A DNA stretch of 64,000 nucleotides from a virus: positions 1-64,000 of IMG/VR virus record IMGVR_UViG_3300049846_002130; one strand, given 5' to 3'. Positions 36,488 through 45,885 of the stretch are shown one piece after another. The position numbers and the translations under genes were made by a program. A model generated the notes under the pieces. It did not search any database. It worked only from the letters and a program-made list of their open reading frames with translations, and was not told the DNA's origin. Numbering within the stretch: the first letter of the stretch is position 1; every line of letters starts with the position of its first letter.

Positions 36488-37577
36488 TGGAGACTCTGGC
36501 ATTCCTACCGGCACCCCTATTGTTTTACAGTTTGATCGGGGTGTTGATTTACTTAGTATTAAAGACTATATAGTTCTATATGGCCCTGATTTTGATCAGA
36601 CCAGTGGAGCTGATAGTGTTTTATTTGTAGATCAAGATACCGGAGATAACCCGTTTTTCCTTCGCTCTCCCGGATTTAAAGGTCTTGTTGATATCAGAAT
36701 TATAGCAGAGTATCTAGATTTAGATACCCAAACTGTTGTTAATCAAGTCATTACTAGCGAGGTTGATGAGACTAGCTATGGGGCTGCTGGGATAGGACAT
36801 AAGATTTCAATCTTACCGGTAACTGGATTGTTTGCTCCTGATACCACTTATGTTTTGCATATTCTTGGTGATCCAGATTCTCAAGGAACTGGTGTTAGTT
36901 CAAGAACAGTCTTCGATGTTGTTCCTAATGGTGGAAATCTTTCGGATACCGGAAAGGTATATATTGATGGTTCCTATACTGGTCCAGACGTAGACACTCT
37001 TAATATTCAAATAACTACTGCTGGTGATATTGGTATAGCTAAGTATAAGTATTGGTTTACTTCTGAGGGGGAGCCAAGTTCAGTTTATGATAAGTTAACA
37101 AATCGGAGAAACCGATCACTATCTAAAGGGCTACAGGTTCGATTTGGTGGTGAAGGTTTTGCTTTGGGAGATACATTTGAGATCAATGTTGAGCCCGCGC
37201 AAAGACTAGCAACTAATACTCAAGTAACCTTTACTACCAATGACGGTAGTTATACTGCTGCTCCAAGTAGCCCAAGTACACCAGCTACAAGTGAGCCTCC
37301 AAGTACAGTACTTCCTCCCGCACCAGGAGAAGAGACTACAAGCAGCCGGCTTCAGATAGAGGAGATGATACCTGCTGATGGTGCCTTTAATGTCTCAACA
37401 AATACCAGACAAATTATTGTTATTTTTAGCGAGCCATTAGATTCATCAACTGTAAGTGGACAAAGTATTAGATTGTGGAGGTATCCAGTTTTGGGTTATT
37501 TTGAAGGTGAAAATGAACCAGTTGAGTTACAGAAAAAAGTTACTGTTAGTAGCAATATCTTAACTATTGATTTCTAG
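36450..37577 (+). CDS. Virion protein with Ig-like (Big_5-type) domains
   Basis: STYPADG..IPTGTPIVLQFDRGVD and IPADGAFNV..IIVIFSEPLD. Confidence 0.7.
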   Translation: MAAPTLLSTYPADGDSGIPTGTPIVLQFDRGVDLLSIKDYIVLYGPDFDQTSGADSVLFVDQDTGDNPFFLRSPGFKGLVDIRIIAEYLDLDTQTVVNQVITSEVDETSYGAAGIGHKISILPVTGLFAPDTTYVLHILGDPDSQGTGVSSRTVFDVVPNGGNLSDTGKVYIDGSYTGPDVDTLNIQITTAGDIGIAKYKYWFTSEGEPSSVYDKLTNRRNRSLSKGLQVRFGGEGFALGDTFEINVEPAQRLATNTQVTFTTNDGSYTAAPSSPSTPATSEPPSTVLPPAPGEETTSSRLQIEEMIPADGAFNVSTNTRQIIVIFSEPLDSSTVSGQSIRLWRYPVLGYFEGENEPVELQKKVTVSSNILTIDF

Positions 37578-37588
37578 GAGATTAAGCA

Positions 37589-38650
37589 ATGGCTTACTAT
37601 GGGCGATATGGAACCTTAGATGGTAATACCGTAACTCTAAGGGCAGTATTTACTGATGATACTGGAGCATTCGTTACTCCTAGTTCTCCGGTAGTCTATA
37701 TTTATGACTCTACTGTAGACTCAGATCTTATTGATCAGGAGGCTGAAGCTTCTACTTTTACTTCTGCTTATGCAGGCCCCCTCACACCAACTCAGATGGC
37801 GCTTGGACTATACCAACTACAATACGATATCCCAGTTGATGCTGAGGCTGGCACCTGGCATGATGTTTGGGTCGGGTCTATAAATAGTACAACAGAATAC
37901 TCAATCTTAAATTTCTCTGTTATTAATGGAGCTATTCCAAGTGAACAAAAGATTGTAGAAAATGACTTTGTCATTGTTGAGTTTGATGAGACTGTTGCTA
38001 GTTATACTGGATTGACTCTTGGAGAGGATATTCAGATGGGGTTTACCACCAGACTAACTCCCTACTATGCATCTATCGATCTTGTTCGTATGGAAGTTGG
38101 CCCCTGGATAGATTTTATTCCAGATATTACACTGGCAATGATGATTCACTGGGCCAGTAAAGAAGCCGATTTTACAGTTTGCAAATCCCCAAATGATTCC
38201 GAAAGATTAAGATTTGCTCTTGCTAAGTTTGTAATCTTTGATACTGCTTTAAGAACATTGTTCTTACCTGGAGCCAGTAACTATCAGCCAACTGCGGGCT
38301 CTGGAGCCACAAAGTGGCTTGGAGATCTTCGTATTGTTGCTGGTGCTGGAAGTCAGCTAGCTAAAACAGCAAGTGGTATAGATATGGAGACTATTGGACA
38401 TATGCGCAAAGAGCGTAGCGAGTGGTTCCGGGTTATTAATGCTGGTGCAAATATTACTTACGGGCAATCTTATGGTTATTCTACTCCTGTAAAAGGTGAG
38501 TGGAATCCAGATAAAAGGCTTACTGGAAGGCTTTGGCTGGACCCTGATTGCTATACATATAGTAAGCCTGGTATTAATACGAAGGTATTACCATATGGTT
38601 CGAAGAAGGGTAAATTCTATTATCAAAATAGATCTACAATGGTAGGGTAG
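37589..38650 (+). CDS. Ig-like domain plus head-tail adaptor
   Basis: N-terminal Ig-like pattern, C-terminal helical adaptor-like region; neck position. Confidence 0.5.
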   Translation: MAYYGRYGTLDGNTVTLRAVFTDDTGAFVTPSSPVVYIYDSTVDSDLIDQEAEASTFTSAYAGPLTPTQMALGLYQLQYDIPVDAEAGTWHDVWVGSINSTTEYSILNFSVINGAIPSEQKIVENDFVIVEFDETVASYTGLTLGEDIQMGFTTRLTPYYASIDLVRMEVGPWIDFIPDITLAMMIHWASKEADFTVCKSPNDSERLRFALAKFVIFDTALRTLFLPGASNYQPTAGSGATKWLGDLRIVAGAGSQLAKTASGIDMETIGHMRKERSEWFRVINAGANITYGQSYGYSTPVKGEWNPDKRLTGRLWLDPDCYTYSKPGINTKVLPYGSKKGKFYYQNRSTMVG

Positions 38651-38652
38651 TT

Positions 38653-39282
38653 ATGTTTCAGAGCAAGCGGTCTTTATTCCCAACAACTACTAATGATCCT
38701 GGTCGACTATGGCAGCAACCTTATTCACAAGCAGGGGGTAACTCTCCCAGCACCCCTACTAGTGCAGAGATAGATCTTCGTGCGGAACTAGATGAGTTAT
38801 TCTTTGGATATAAAAGTGGGATTCGGCATGGCTATCCATGTTTAATTAGACACCTTCGCCGCGATGCTAATAACAAGCCCATTGCTTGCACATGCTTGAA
38901 TTCTTTAACCAGAGAGGCTGATCCTGATTGTAGTTACTGTTATGGGGAAGGATATCTTTTTGATGAAGAGTGGCATTGGACCTACAGTACCTATGGTGGA
39001 GCTGATGGTGGATTAATTAATCGTAATACTTGGATGCCTCCTGGAGCGGTAAGGGTAGACTTTAAGGTTTTCTACTTTCGCTACGATACGTCTATCTTTT
39101 ATGGGGATAAGGTAGTTGAGGTAAAGATGGACGAAGAAGGAAATATCTTACAGCCAGTAGTTCGTTCAATTATCTATAGTCCACAGACAATTAATAAATT
39201 AAGAGCAGACAATTCTCGTATAGAGTTTATTACTGTATACTGTAGAGAAGAGTCTGCACTGAGGCTAGATGATGTCGATTAG
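38653..39282 (+). CDS. Neck / head-closure protein
   Basis: CxC..PDCxxCxGEG Zn motif, beta-barrel pattern GDKVVE; synteny. Confidence 0.55.
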   Translation: MFQSKRSLFPTTTNDPGRLWQQPYSQAGGNSPSTPTSAEIDLRAELDELFFGYKSGIRHGYPCLIRHLRRDANNKPIACTCLNSLTREADPDCSYCYGEGYLFDEEWHWTYSTYGGADGGLINRNTWMPPGAVRVDFKVFYFRYDTSIFYGDKVVEVKMDEEGNILQPVVRSIIYSPQTINKLRADNSRIEFITVYCREESALRLDDVD

Positions 39283-40021
39283 AGAAGACTCTGTTCTTAG
39301 TGAAAGTGTCCGACCAGATCTACTCGAAGAGGTAGATAATAACTTTTTAGTTGCTATCGCAGACGGTGGTAGCTTCAATTTTATTGAAGCTAGTGAGCTT
39401 AGTGATCCGTACTCCTTAGACATTAGCAGATATATTCCAAACCCACCAATTACTTATGAGGGATTTATAGACTTAGCTACACAGGTTATTGAGAATGCTC
39501 AGGAGCGAGCACAGATAAAGGTAGCTGAGCGTATAAAACTTGTCAAAGAATTTAACCCTGAGCAGTTTGGTGAGGGAGATGAGGTAGTTACTGTTAAACT
39601 TATGAATCGTGCACCGGCAAAAATGAGTGCAGATGGGACTAAGTTTAAGACCTCTACCTTTCGTCCTTATGATCAATTAATGGACCCTCGTTATCCTAAT
39701 AAGGTTCTTGAGATTCAGTCTCGTCCGCTAGATCATAAAGTTCAGTTTGCAGTGTGGGCTAAAACATCTACCCTTGCTGATGCTAGGGCATTATGGCTAG
39801 AAAGACTTTTTATTCAGGAAACTTGGGTTTTCAAAAGTAAAGGTGCTAGTCTATTTCTCTGGGAAGATAGAAGCACAGATACATTCTGGCAACATGCTGG
39901 AGCTAGACTTCAGCAAAGAATTCTAAACTTCAAAGTAAGACTTCATGAATATCTTGTAGTTTTACATCCAACAATCAAACAGTTTAAACTTCAAATATCT
40001 AATAACATTAATTCCGATTAG
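39269..40021 (+). CDS. Tail terminator / completion protein
   Basis: VQFAVWAKT..ADARA pattern; directly before sheath. Confidence 0.5.
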   Translation: MMSIREDSVLSESVRPDLLEEVDNNFLVAIADGGSFNFIEASELSDPYSLDISRYIPNPPITYEGFIDLATQVIENAQERAQIKVAERIKLVKEFNPEQFGEGDEVVTVKLMNRAPAKMSADGTKFKTSTFRPYDQLMDPRYPNKVLEIQSRPLDHKVQFAVWAKTSTLADARALWLERLFIQETWVFKSKGASLFLWEDRSTDTFWQHAGARLQQRILNFKVRLHEYLVVLHPTIKQFKLQISNNINSD

Positions 40022-40030
40022 GAGGAATAA

Positions 40031-42346
40031 ATGCTTTTTAAAAATTCTCCTGGAGTACCAGCTGCATATTTAGATGGCAATCTAAAGCAAGTCGGTACAA
40101 CTACCCAGCCAAAGATTCTTGTCTTGGGTTCCGGTACTAGTGGTATTTCATACGATGTGTATGATGTAACCAGTGCTGGTGCAGCCGAGAAAGAATTCGG
40201 AGCAAGTACCGAGCTTGCAAAAGGCATGCACGAGCTTCTAGGGCAGGATGCTAACAATATCTCTTTAATGAGAATTGGTGGCAAACAGGGTAGTTTTGTC
40301 TTTACTGACTCGGGTGCCAAAACATTAACAATTGTTCCAGAGAGTAGAGATAATACTATTCTTGATAGCTATGCTCTAATTATAGAGACAGTTGATGATG
40401 AGAATAGATATCTTATCTGGGATATCGATAATGAAGAGTGGGTTTTCGACAGTCTAGAAATTTTCTGTCTAAATGGTGATACTTTATCTGTAGTAGATAC
40501 GGGTATTGATCTATTTACCATTGGTGACAAGACCGCACCAAGAGATGCAATCTCTCTTGGAGATGTACTTAGTGGTGACTTTACTCCTGCTGGAGTAGCT
40601 ACTGTAACCTCTGTGGTTAAAGTAGATGGCACAGACGGTACATCTATGACTCTAGTTGAAAGATATGCCGCACTATCTCATGCTTATTTTAATCTAGACT
40701 ACGAGGATGCCGATATGGTTGTAGCCAAAGGTGTCTATGTAGATGATCAAAATAAAGCTGATGGTGACACCGCAGATTACTTTAAGGGTGTCCCACCTGT
40801 TGGTAGTACAATCGATACTCTTGGCTATGTTTGGCAGTATGTCCATCAGGGCAAGGTCTACACATACTTTGTGGACCGTTCAGACTTTTTCTCTGCTGTA
40901 GATGCAGCTGCGACTGTTACTGTCAATACAAACTTAACAGTCACCGCAGATAAGACAGGTACTGGCGGGAATAAGATTTATGTCCAGATCAATGCTGCTG
41001 GGGCGGCTGGTCCAACTGTAACTATAAGTGAACCAGCTGTCGATCAGCTTAAGATTCTAGTTACTGATGATGGTACAAGTACAACCTCTGCAGCGGTAAC
41101 AGCAATCAATGCTGCCCTTGCTCTCTACACAACAAATACAGGTGTTCTTGCTAGCACCCTAGCTACAGCATCTGGTGGATCGGGTACCTTCCTTGTTACC
41201 GTAGCTTCGACTCCTCTTGCTGGGGGAACTGGTGGCCACGTTCTTACTCACGAAGATCTGACTGGAGATGATATTCCTTCTGTGGTTAGCACTGCTTTTG
41301 CAGCCGGATCTGATAGCCAGCTACGTGAGGTTAATTTTGGACATCAGCTTGCTACATTCCTACATCAGGCATCTACTACCTGGAAGTCGATGCAGGGAAG
41401 CATTTCTGTAAAGGCTCCAACAGACTTTAGCCGCACTGGTATCGCTTCTTGGGTTGGCGTTCCTCCTGTTGAGACAGCCTTTGGTTCTGATCTCGGTATT
41501 GACGCTCCCGCTGATAATGGTACTGGGTTATTCAGTATTAAGCTTATGACAGGCCTATCTGTTTCTTCGAACGGATACCGCTCTGCAATGCTAGAAGATG
41601 CTACCTCTACAGATTCTTATCTGTATGGTGGATTCATTGCTACTACTGGAGCTTCTCTACCAAATGGCGTGGAAGAATATGCCTATGGTGTTGATGATGG
41701 AGATGAGCTTTTGGACGAAGGGGGTCAGCCAGTAGATATTGGTAAACACCTTTGGGTTACTATAGATTGGCCAATTCATCGGAATGCCTTTAATGGTAGT
41801 ACTCAGTATCGTGGGTCGATTGAGACAGTTATGCTTGGTAGACTTGCTACTGTTCCAATTAATGAAGAGCCTATTGGTCAAGATTTTCCTCTAAAGAAAA
41901 TTACTTCTCTCCCAAGAATACATAGTTCTCAACGTGATTCGCTTTCTAAGTTTAGGTTCGCAAACCTAAGGTTTGAAGATGGGGTTGGCTATGTCTTTAA
42001 TACAGTTAAGACTGCCGCCCATAAAGTAGATAGTGACTATACCCGTGGTTCTACTATTCGGTGCAGCAATAGAATGCTTACTGGATTGCGTACAATAGGG
42101 AAGGCCTATATTGGTAAACCATTTAGTCCAACTCGGCTTGCGGCACTTCAATCAGAAGTTGATAAGTATATTGCTGCAGAAAGAAGCAATGGAATACACG
42201 AGGGTGCTGGGGCTCGGTTAAGTTACACAAGAGCTGGTAAAATTCTTGGAAATCTAGATATACTCTTCCAGATGGTACCGCCCTTTACTGTTGAGCGAAT
42301 CACAACCAAACTTTCGCTAGCAGCTGATGAAACTGAGTTAACATAA
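40031..42346 (+). CDS. Tail sheath protein
   Basis: SPGV..YLD N-terminus; C-terminal IGKP.....AALQSEVD...LDILFQMVPPFTVERI. Confidence 0.88.
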   Translation: MLFKNSPGVPAAYLDGNLKQVGTTTQPKILVLGSGTSGISYDVYDVTSAGAAEKEFGASTELAKGMHELLGQDANNISLMRIGGKQGSFVFTDSGAKTLTIVPESRDNTILDSYALIIETVDDENRYLIWDIDNEEWVFDSLEIFCLNGDTLSVVDTGIDLFTIGDKTAPRDAISLGDVLSGDFTPAGVATVTSVVKVDGTDGTSMTLVERYAALSHAYFNLDYEDADMVVAKGVYVDDQNKADGDTADYFKGVPPVGSTIDTLGYVWQYVHQGKVYTYFVDRSDFFSAVDAAATVTVNTNLTVTADKTGTGGNKIYVQINAAGAAGPTVTISEPAVDQLKILVTDDGTSTTSAAVTAINAALALYTTNTGVLASTLATASGGSGTFLVTVASTPLAGGTGGHVLTHEDLTGDDIPSVVSTAFAAGSDSQLREVNFGHQLATFLHQASTTWKSMQGSISVKAPTDFSRTGIASWVGVPPVETAFGSDLGIDAPADNGTGLFSIKLMTGLSVSSNGYRSAMLEDATSTDSYLYGGFIATTGASLPNGVEEYAYGVDDGDELLDEGGQPVDIGKHLWVTIDWPIHRNAFNGSTQYRGSIETVMLGRLATVPINEEPIGQDFPLKKITSLPRIHSSQRDSLSKFRFANLRFEDGVGYVFNTVKTAAHKVDSDYTRGSTIRCSNRMLTGLRTIGKAYIGKPFSPTRLAALQSEVDKYIAAERSNGIHEGAGARLSYTRAGKILGNLDILFQMVPPFTVERITTKLSLAADETELT

Positions 42347-42362
42347 GGAGTGAGATAAGAAA

Positions 42363-42992
42363 ATGGCTACATCTTCTGTAGAACTTAGTAGACAATTCAC
42401 TAGCTTTTCTGGGGTCGACTGTAGAGTAGTCATCGCCGGCGAAACCATTGCTTCTATTCAAGCTCTTTCTTACGCAGTTCAGCGCGAGAAGGGACCTGTT
42501 TATGTAATGGGCCACGTTGATCCTAGAAGCTTTAGTAGAGGTAAGCGTGGTATTGCTGGTACTATGATTACCCTTATGCTTGATAGACATCCTCTATATA
42601 CAGAGCCATTCGTTAGCATGCAGTTTCTTGCTGATAATGATGAGCTTATTGCTCGTAATGGTAATATTCAGGATGCAACAAATACTGTCGATCTAGAGAC
42701 AGTTGGTCCGACCAACTTCTTTGCTGGCGACATTAGTGATAACTACACAGTTACTAGTGCATGGTATTTTGATCAGTTGCCTCCAATGGACTTTGTTGTT
42801 GTTGCTGCTAATGAATATGGGCAGGCTGCAACAATGAGAATATATGGTGGTGAAATTCTTAATGAGGGCTCCGGCTTTAGTGTTGATGATATGGTTATCG
42901 AAAACCAAACAACCTACATAGCTTTAACCTTACTTCCTTGGCAGAAGCTTGGGGAATGGGATTTGGGGTCGGGACTATTTACTGCTGCTTAA
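42363..42992 (+). CDS. Tail tube protein
   Basis: FSGVD..IQALSYAVQREKGPVYVMG...RGIAGT; follows sheath; strong terminator after. Confidence 0.82.
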   Translation: MATSSVELSRQFTSFSGVDCRVVIAGETIASIQALSYAVQREKGPVYVMGHVDPRSFSRGKRGIAGTMITLMLDRHPLYTEPFVSMQFLADNDELIARNGNIQDATNTVDLETVGPTNFFAGDISDNYTVTSAWYFDQLPPMDFVVVAANEYGQAATMRIYGGEILNEGSGFSVDDMVIENQTTYIALTLLPWQKLGEWDLGSGLFTAA

Positions 42993-43013
42993 GTCTCCGA
43001 GTAGCAGTTCTAA

Positions 43014-43050
43014 GGGAGGTGGACTTTTGTTTCCACCTCCCTTTATACTT
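43014..43050 (+). terminator. Intrinsic terminator after tube gene
   Basis: GGGAGGTGG...CCACCTCCC followed by TTTATACTTTAT. Confidence 0.75.
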
Positions 43051-43066
43051 TATGGGTGAGAATTAA

Positions 43067-43939
43067 ATGGCACTTTTTTCAACTAGTCCACAACCAATAG
43101 GATCCTCAGCATACTATGGTAAGTACTCTTATAGTGGTGCTGATGTTCGTGCATATGGATACTTTCCAGGGCATGGTGAACTAATTTCCTGGTTAGATTC
43201 AATGCACACTATTAGTTATTCCATCCATGAATCAAAGGGAGATGCTAGATCTTTTGGATTTCGTGGGGTTAAGGGGTTTACTAGAGGGATCCGTTTAATA
43301 GCGGGTTCCTTAATAATGGTTGTCGTCCAAGACAACCCCTTTTCTCCCTTAATGAACCAACTTCAAGAGCTTGGTCGACCAACACCTGGGTGGAGCTTTG
43401 ATAGAGATATCAATGGGGTGGGTAGAGCTTTAAATGAACTGGACTTTACAAGACGGATAACAACCTCATTGCCACCTTTTAATATTTTGCTTCAACTTGC
43501 AGGAGAGGTTAATAACTGGCAAATCTTTAAAGAGGAGAAACCGTTTGCAACTGAAGAAGCTAATCAGCAATTTGGTTCTAACAATATTTCGACAAAGACA
43601 GTTGTTGATGGTGCAGCTGTATTGCTTACGGGTATTGATATTGTTGATGAAGGTACAGTAGTTTCTGTGAATGATGCTTATATGGAAGTTAGTTATACCT
43701 TTAAAGCTCTTGACTGCAAGCCTATTAGTTTGCAGCAATTTATTAATAATGGTATTAGAGAGCCATTGGCAGAACAGGATCCCGCTGCTCTTGCAGATAT
43801 TGAGTTAGCTGCAGAGTTGTGGAGACTGGAAAATCCAGGACGCGCTCCTGGTCCACTAGAGATACCTGATCCATTTGTCCGTACAAGTCCGATAGAGGCC
43901 ACCGCTATACTATACCCAGAACCTGAACCCAAAGAGTAA
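43067..43939 (+). CDS. Tail tube-like protein 2 (baseplate-proximal / tube initiator)
   Basis: YSGAD..ISYSIHESK...G.RLIAGSL, paralogous to the tube. Confidence 0.7.
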   Translation: MALFSTSPQPIGSSAYYGKYSYSGADVRAYGYFPGHGELISWLDSMHTISYSIHESKGDARSFGFRGVKGFTRGIRLIAGSLIMVVVQDNPFSPLMNQLQELGRPTPGWSFDRDINGVGRALNELDFTRRITTSLPPFNILLQLAGEVNNWQIFKEEKPFATEEANQQFGSNNISTKTVVDGAAVLLTGIDIVDEGTVVSVNDAYMEVSYTFKALDCKPISLQQFINNGIREPLAEQDPAALADIELAAELWRLENPGRAPGPLEIPDPFVRTSPIEATAILYPEPEPKE

Positions 43940-43943
43940 ATTA

Positions 43944-44669
43944 ATGCCAACTGACTATGGTTACGAATATTTTTGTGGCGCCAACATTCTTCTTGAAATT
44001 GAAAGTATGCCAATTTTAGAGTGTGCTGGACTAAGTTATAGCTTGAATGAAAGTAAACGTCCTTTATATGGTTATAGTAGTCGACATTTTGATGCTGTTT
44101 CTGCCGGACAGGTTCTTATTTCTGGAACTATATTAATCAACTATGTTAGTCACAATTATTTATTTCAAGCTATTAAAATGGGTCTTTCTAGAAATACTGC
44201 CCCAACCTCTCCTACACTATCTGCTCAATCTAATGAGTTAAGAGACTTTTTGAATAATCCAGATCAAACAGATGCTGCTCTTCAGGAGTTTTTACAAGAT
44301 CCCAATAATGCTAGTTTATTGCCACCTGCTCTTAAAGAAAAACATTATGATCTATTTAAGGTCCAACCACCAGAACAATTAATGTTGAATCCTCATGATA
44401 GTTATGGTGGCTTGGATATAAAGATTTCTTTTGGTAATAGAGCACCTGAAAATCTTTATAGTGGTTCCACTGGGTATACAATTAATGATGTTCACTTTAC
44501 TGGTAGGTGTATGCAGATAACTGTTAGCGAAGATGCTATAGTAGAGGAGTATCCATTCTTTGCTAGGAATATAAGTCAAAGAGCGGTGCCCTATAGGGCT
44601 TTATATACTCCGGTCTATACCGTTAGTGGTATCGAGACCCAGACAACAATCGTTAAAGGAGACCAATAA
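43944..44669 (+). CDS. Tail tube-like protein 3
   Basis: FCGAN..LSYSLNESKRPLYGY...LISGTILIN. Confidence 0.7.
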   Translation: MPTDYGYEYFCGANILLEIESMPILECAGLSYSLNESKRPLYGYSSRHFDAVSAGQVLISGTILINYVSHNYLFQAIKMGLSRNTAPTSPTLSAQSNELRDFLNNPDQTDAALQEFLQDPNNASLLPPALKEKHYDLFKVQPPEQLMLNPHDSYGGLDIKISFGNRAPENLYSGSTGYTINDVHFTGRCMQITVSEDAIVEEYPFFARNISQRAVPYRALYTPVYTVSGIETQTTIVKGDQ

Positions 44670-45187
44670 TGCACAATCATGAAGAGGTACTTTTTTCATT
44701 AGATCAAGAGTTAGAAAAAGAACTAGAAACCTTAGACAAAGTAGTTGAAGAGCAAGCTCCCGCTCCTGCTCCCTCAATCGAGGACAGTATGAGAGATGAG
44801 ATCCTTAGACATTTACAGCAACATCCCAAGGCCCCATCTGAATCAGATATTAAAGGCTGGAAGGCCAAGTATGGAGAGTCTGGTATACAAGTAAGTGCTT
44901 TCGACTCAGAGAATGTGTTTGTTTACACCCACTTAACTTTAGCACAATGGGAAAAAATTGATGCGCTTCGTAAGAAGATGGCTACTACATCTGGAGCTGA
45001 ACAAGATGCTACTGAAAAGCGAGTTCGTGAAGCTGTGTTAAAGGGTTGTGTTCTTTGGCCTAAGTTAGATGAACAATTCTTTCAAACATGTCGAGCAGGG
45101 CTTCCTACAACTTTGTTTGATTTAGTTATGATTAATAGCTATTTCTTGACTCCACAACAGGCATTAACTTTAACTACAAAGTTATAA
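44669..45187 (+). CDS. Tail assembly chaperone
   Basis: Position; WKAKYG, GCVLWP, AGLPTTL pattern. Confidence 0.6.
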   Translation: MHNHEEVLFSLDQELEKELETLDKVVEEQAPAPAPSIEDSMRDEILRHLQQHPKAPSESDIKGWKAKYGESGIQVSAFDSENVFVYTHLTLAQWEKIDALRKKMATTSGAEQDATEKRVREAVLKGCVLWPKLDEQFFQTCRAGLPTTLFDLVMINSYFLTPQQALTLTTKL

Positions 45188-45188
45188 G

Positions 45189-45869
45189 ATGGTTGAGATA
45201 TCTACTCTCTTAAAGCATGAGGATCTGTTCTTAACAGAGTTTCCTAATGGAACTAGTTTCTATTGGAGACTACTCTCTTTAAGAGAGTATTATCTTTTTA
45301 AAACTCTGCTTAATAGTGATCCCTATGCTTTTGATATTTATATGCAAATATTTAAGCAGGCGGTCCTATTAGAGGCTGAGTTAATCAACCCAAGGCTACC
45401 CCTGGGATATTTTGTTAGCGTTGCTAAAGCAATAATGTATCTATCTGGTGATGGTTCTCAGGAGACATTACAAGATGAAGTGGTGCTAGCTAAACAGCTC
45501 TACCCTAGTAATTCAATAGATGAGATTATGAAGGGAAGGATCTATACTGCTTTCCCTACCTATACTCCTAAAGATTTAATGAATATGAGTCGTTCACAAA
45601 TAATACGACTCTTTGCTCAGGCCGAGAATGTTCTAGCTACACGCATACAAGGTTTCCAGCCTGTAGATTTTTCTCAAGTAAAGTACAAGGATGATAATTC
45701 TTCTAGGACTTCTGAAACTCCTATCTCAATAGATTTTGATCAAGATGCGGCCCTACAAAGACAACAGCTTCATCCATGGGAGGCTTTTGAGGAGCCCAGT
45801 GAGAGTCCCGTTGGTATTAGTAGATCTGTGGCCCGAAAGCTGGATGCTAGAAGAAATCTTCAGTCATAA
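45189..45869 (+). CDS. Second tail assembly chaperone
   Basis: Position before tape-measure-like gene. Confidence 0.5.
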   Translation: MVEISTLLKHEDLFLTEFPNGTSFYWRLLSLREYYLFKTLLNSDPYAFDIYMQIFKQAVLLEAELINPRLPLGYFVSVAKAIMYLSGDGSQETLQDEVVLAKQLYPSNSIDEIMKGRIYTAFPTYTPKDLMNMSRSQIIRLFAQAENVLATRIQGFQPVDFSQVKYKDDNSSRTSETPISIDFDQDAALQRQQLHPWEAFEEPSESPVGISRSVARKLDARRNLQS

Positions 45870-45885
45870 TAATATAGGAGGGTAA

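Noticed and set aside
45150-45200. Programmed frameshift between tail chaperones
   Set aside because: No slippery heptamer seen; the second gene has its own ATG
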